From assembly GCF_004010195.1 (NCBI RefSeq), contig NC_057719.1, forward strand, positions 91,510,512-91,574,511: a stretch of 64,000 bases of DNA, given 5' to 3'. This document shows, piece by piece, positions 59,374 through 64,000 of the stretch. Made by a program: the position numbers and the translations under genes. Each line of letters begins with the position of its first letter. Position 1 is the stretch's first letter. The notes under the pieces were generated by a model. The model was not told where the DNA came from and made no database searches. It saw only the letters and a list, made by a program, of their open reading frames with translations. This stretch comes from Chiloscyllium plagiosum. Its lineage: Eukaryota.

Positions 59374-59934
59374 CTAAAGTGAACAAGGAAATGAGATATG
59401 TCAAAATAAGAGAACACCCCTCAGATAAAACCACTGATCATTCTAAAGGTACTGTGATAGTCTTTCCCCCAAACAGTGGAACTGAAGCAGACCATTCAGC
59501 ACCTTGCCTGTTCCACCATTCAGTTAGAATTACCAATCAGAGTCCTGAGCATTTCAATTGCCTCAGCAACAACAGCCTTTCCAGAGAACAAATTTCTGTT
59601 ATGTGCTGTGTGTAGCACTGCTTGGTATCCTTCTATAAGAAGTATATCTTAGTCTCAAAAGCACAACTGCTCTATCTAAATATGCAAGCAGTGTGGCTGG
59701 GCCTGAACAACACATTCCCAAATAATAAAGGCAAAACCAATGCATCATGAGAATAGAAACAACATTTAAAAAGAAACTAGTCACCTCATTTGGAGGTCAT
59801 CAACAAAGTATAATTTTTCTGAAAAACAGAAGGATAGGCTTAAGTAAATGATTTTATTATATGAAATTTATTTGAATTCTTGCCCACATTTTTCTTAACT
59901 CTATAAATGCCCAAAAAGTACTCACATTGCATAA

Positions 59935-61390
59935 CACCATAAGAAATATGAAGAGTAGGCTGTTCAGCCCCTCAAGCTGGCTCCACCATTCAATAGGATC
60001 ACGACTGATCTAACATTCCTCACTTCCACTTTCATGCCTTTTCCCCGTAATCCTTGCTTCCTTGACTATATCGTAATCTATATTAATCTACATTAGATAA
60101 CTAATATCAGTAATCCACCTCAGCCTTAACTATACATAAGGACTCTGCTCCCACATCACTCTGTGGAAAGGAGCTCCAAAGACTCTCAATGCTAAGTGTC
60201 ATTTGTATAACACTTTGATCTTCAAAATAAATTCTGTGTCCTACCTTACTAGCTACCTAATGAAGGAGTCGTACTCTGAAAGCTTCCAAATAAACCTATT
60301 GGACGATTACCCAGCGTCATGTGATTTTTAAAAAACTTAATCCCTGAGAGAAATTCCTTTTCGTCTTAGTCTTAAACTGCCATCCCTTTATTCCGAGACC
60401 AGGCCCTCTGGTCCTGGACTCTCTCATGAAGGGAAACATCACCTCAGCATTTAACTCATCAAACTCTTTAAGAATCCCATATTTCACAATGAGACACCTC
60501 TCATTCTTCTAAACTCCAGTGAGTGGAGTGCCAACCTGTTAAGGCTTTGGCATAAGACAATCCCTCCATACCAGGGATCATCCAAGTGAAATCCCTCTGA
60601 ACTGCTTCCAATGAAATAATATTTTCCTTAGGTAAGGGGACCAAAACTACTCAGTACTCCAGGTGTGATCTCATCAGCATTTTATAAAGTTGCAGTATGA
60701 TGTCCCTACTCTATATTCCAACCCCCTTGAAATAAAGGCCAACATTCCATCAGCCTTCCTGATTACCTGTTGCCCGTGCGTATCAACTTTCTGTGTTTTG
60801 TGCACAAGTTCCCTCAAGTCTTCCCATGTGGCAGCTTTCTTCCACTTAAATTAGACTGTTCTTTTGTCCTCCCTTTCAAAAGGAACTTCACATTTTCCAA
60901 CATTATACTCCATTTGCTAACATTGTGCCCATTTATTTAACTTATCAATATCTCTCTGTAAACTGCTTGCATCCCTCTCGCAACCTGTCTTTCCATCTAT
61001 TTTTGTGTCTTCTGCAAATTTGGCTTTAGTATATTCACTTCCTTCATTCGCCAAATCACTAATAAATACTGTAAACAGCTGTAATCCTAGCACTGATCCC
61101 TGTGGAGCCCCAATGGATCACAGTCGCCAACCTGGAAAAATAACCCACTTGTTCTTTACTGCCCATTAGCCAAATCTCTATCCATGCCAAATTATTACCT
61201 CCAACACCATGGATTCTTAACTTACGACTCAACTTTTCATGAGGTACTTTGTCAAACAAATTTCAGAATTCCAAATACATCTACTGGTTCCCTTCAATTC
61301 ACTCCGGTTAAGACTTCTTTGAAAAACTCTTCAAGTAATCAGACACAATTGCTCTTTCATTCATGGAGGTATGCTGACTCTGCTTGATTC
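59935..61390 (-). mobile_element. Old CR1 LINE, interrupted at about 60190-60340 by a decayed PLE family A terminus
   Basis: FDKVPHEKLSRKLRIHGVGGNNLAWIEIWL; insert contains ctaatgaaggagtcgtactctgaaagc...aataaacctattggac. Confidence 0.75.
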
Positions 61391-61679
61391 GATTATAGTA
61401 TGTGCATACTGTTAACTGAATACCAAAAAGCTCCCAGATGTAGTAGCACATTGCACCAATTACACTTTCACGTGCTTACGATTTAAGAAATAGGAGCAGG
61501 GGTAGGCCACTTTGCTCTCTGAATGTGTTCCAACATTCCATTGCTTTGATGATCATGACCTAAAATTCACTTTCCTGCCTGGCTCCAAAATCCTTAACTC
61601 CCTTTAAAATCAAAATCTGTCCAACTCAGCCTTGAATACATTGAATTACCATTGCTAGAGATTAATGATTCAACTTAGG

Positions 61680-62682
61680 ACATTACCCTGAAGAAATTTT
61701 ACAAAGATGCCTTTGAGCTGAGATGACTGATGTCCAATAACCGCAGTCATTTTCCTATGTGCCAGATATGACTCCAAGCAGGGGAATTTTACCCTTAATT
61801 CCCATTTTCTCCAGTATTGCTAGGGCTCCTTGATGCTACACTCGTTCCTGGATTTCATGGCAGTCACTGTCACCTCACCTCTGGAATTCAGCTGCTCTGT
61901 CCATTTACACTATAATGAGGTCAGGAGCTGAATGGCTGTGACGGAACCCACTGAGCAGGTTATTGCTGTTTGATAACACTGTTGATCATATCTCCTATCA
62001 CTTCACTGATGGTTAAGGGCAGACTGAGGGGGCAATAATTGACTGGATTGGATTTGTCATGTTCTTGTGTGCAGGATATACCTGGGCTTTTTCCCCCCCA
62101 TTGTCAGCTGTAGCTGTACTGGAAAAGCTTGATTAGGAGTGCAGCAAGTTCTAGAACACAAATCTTCAGTATTATTGACTGAATGTTGTCAGGACCCATA
62201 GCTGTTGCAGTGTCCAGTGCATCTAGCTGTTAGGCTTGAGCTGATCTGTGAGAGAGCTCTCCAGATTTTGGCACTAGCCCCCAGATGTTAGTAAGGAGGG
62301 CTTTGCAAGGTCTACAGGGCTATCTTTGCCATGGTTAGTTATGCTTCCAGGTTGATGCCAGCTGGTACTCTGGTTTCATTTCTATTTTGAGACTTCTTAG
62401 TGATTGTTAAAACTGAGCGATTTTCTAGGTCAATTCAGAGGGCAGTTGAAAGTCAACCACATTGCTGTGGGTCTGGATTCACATGTAGGCCACACCAGGT
62501 AAGGACAGCAGATTTTCTTTTCTGAAGGACATTTGTGAACCAGATGGGTTTTTATGACAATTGACAATAGTTTCATGGTCATCAGACTCTTAATTCCATT
62601 TGTAATGGTAAGATTTGAACTTGATTCCCAAACTTTACCTGGATTAATAGTCCAGCAATAATACCACAAGGCCTTGGTCTCC
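61680..62682 (-). mobile_element. Internally deleted LINE beginning with the family 2 tRNA-like head
   Basis: Head with A/B boxes, then LTNIWGLVPKSGELSHR (APE motif I-like), then LDTATAMGPDNIQSIILKICVLELAALLIKLFQYSY (pre-RT). Confidence 0.7.
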
Positions 62683-62756
62683 GATTTAAGAAGATGATGA
62701 TGTTTTTTTTTCACCGAGTCATTAATCTCTAGCCATGGTAATTTGATTTTTTTTTT

Positions 62757-63078
62757 AGAGGATTACTGACAGTGTGGAAACAGGCCCTACGGCCTAACAA
62801 GTCCACACTGACCCTCCAAAGAGCAACCCACCCATTCCCCGTTCCCCTACATTTACCCCTAAATAATGCACCTCGTACTACAGGCAATTTAGCACAGCCA
62901 ATTCACCTTACCTGCACATCTTTGGACTATGGGAGGAAACCGGAGCACCCGGCGGAACCCACATAGACACTGAGAGAATGTGCAAATTCCACACAGTCAG
63001 TCGCCTGAGGCGGGAATTGAACCAGAGTCCCTGGCGCTGTGAGGCAGCAATACTAACCACTGAGCCACCGTGCTGCCC
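62757..63078 (-). mobile_element. HE1-type SINE
   Basis: Full head gggcagcacggtggctcagtggttag to tail. Confidence 0.88.
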
Positions 63079-64000
63079 ATAACTACTTGCCCTCTGTATA
63101 ACTACTTAAGGTCCTCTTCACCAATTCCAGTTATAGCATTCCAGGTCACTGGTCCCAGTGTTGTTCAGATATATGCAACCCCTCAACAACACTGTTCCTC
63201 TCTTTCTTCAGTACTGGCTAGTACTGTGAATCAAAACACTTCTTCCGGCATTCAATTCTGGCTTTACTTACCCGATGTCAATTTGTTTGCGGTTTAGGTA
63301 ATAATCCAGAGATCATTACCCATGAGATTCTGCTTTTTAATTTAGCTCCAAACTATCAATATTCCTCCAGTAGAGCCTCTTTACTGGTCCTATGGTACCG
63401 TCAGTATTGATGTGGACCATGATCACTGGATCTATTTCCTCTTACATCCAAATTCTTCCCCAGCCACAAGGAGATACCCTTAACTCTCGCGTGAGGCAGA
63501 TAAAATAGCCTTCTGGACTTCTGCCCTCAGCTGCTGAAAACAGCTTCCTAACTTCACTGTCATCTTCTTCTACGACAAAAACATTGTGTTGGTTTTTGGC
63601 ATTCTTTGATATTGTGCTCTGGAGTTTGGAAACAAAGCACTTAGTTATGACTACACAGATTTTAGCGCTCATTCAGATAAAACAACTCACCCCAGGAAAT
63701 ACGTTATCTCAAAATATTCCTAAATGGCGCAGACAAGAACTTTCAGACTTATGAATTAAATGCCACATTCTTCTTAAAAGGTCAGTGTTGTGAATGAACA
63801 AACCCTAACAAGGCAATTACAACTCTGGGGTACTCGGCATATGGAACAGGTACTCAGCTTGGATTTTATCCTACTCAAAGGGAAAAGTACTCTATACATA
63901 ATTATCATGCTACGCCAAAGTTTATAATGCTAATTTTATGTTTTAATTTCTGTCAGGAAATATCCAGTGATGCCAATGACCAACTGACCATGACAGATTT

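Noticed and set aside
59374..64000. Expected upstream UBR1 exon with the first RING ligands (CILCQEE)
   Set aside because: Not found by eye; presumably beyond the window. The exon following 1626 was likewise not found in 1-1625

Overview
Eukaryotic (elasmobranch, most likely shark) genomic DNA lying entirely inside one minus-strand gene, the N-end-rule E3 ubiquitin ligase UBR1. I reconstructed 15 internal coding exons (59373 down to 1626; 1594 nt, about 530 codons). They splice into one open frame covering the C-terminal half of the RING-H2 finger and the C-terminal Cys/His-rich region. One intron uses a GC donor. The neighbouring exons are outside the window. The introns are packed with retroelements: CR1-clade LINEs, eight HE1-type tRNA SINEs, a second tRNA-headed SINE/LINE family, L2-, RTE- and L1-like fragments, solo LTRs and three Penelope-like (PLE) families. 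There are two assembly gaps (45378-45765, 48710-49244). Most ORFs in the supplied track are repeat artefacts. The most notable non-obvious signals are: (i) minimal hammerhead-ribozyme cores (CUGANGA...GAAA with a palindromic ACGU/AGCU stem III) at PLE ends, including tiny TSD-flanked ribozyme-only modules and a 190-bp near-perfect palindrome; (ii) a LINE whose 5' end is a Pol III tRNA-like head, with SINEs that look like its head+tail deletion derivatives; (iii) several large fold-back structures in the pre-mRNA. No CRISPR, rRNA or true tRNA gene was seen. Family names are from recognition, not from a database search, and repeat boundaries without a stated TSD are approximate.
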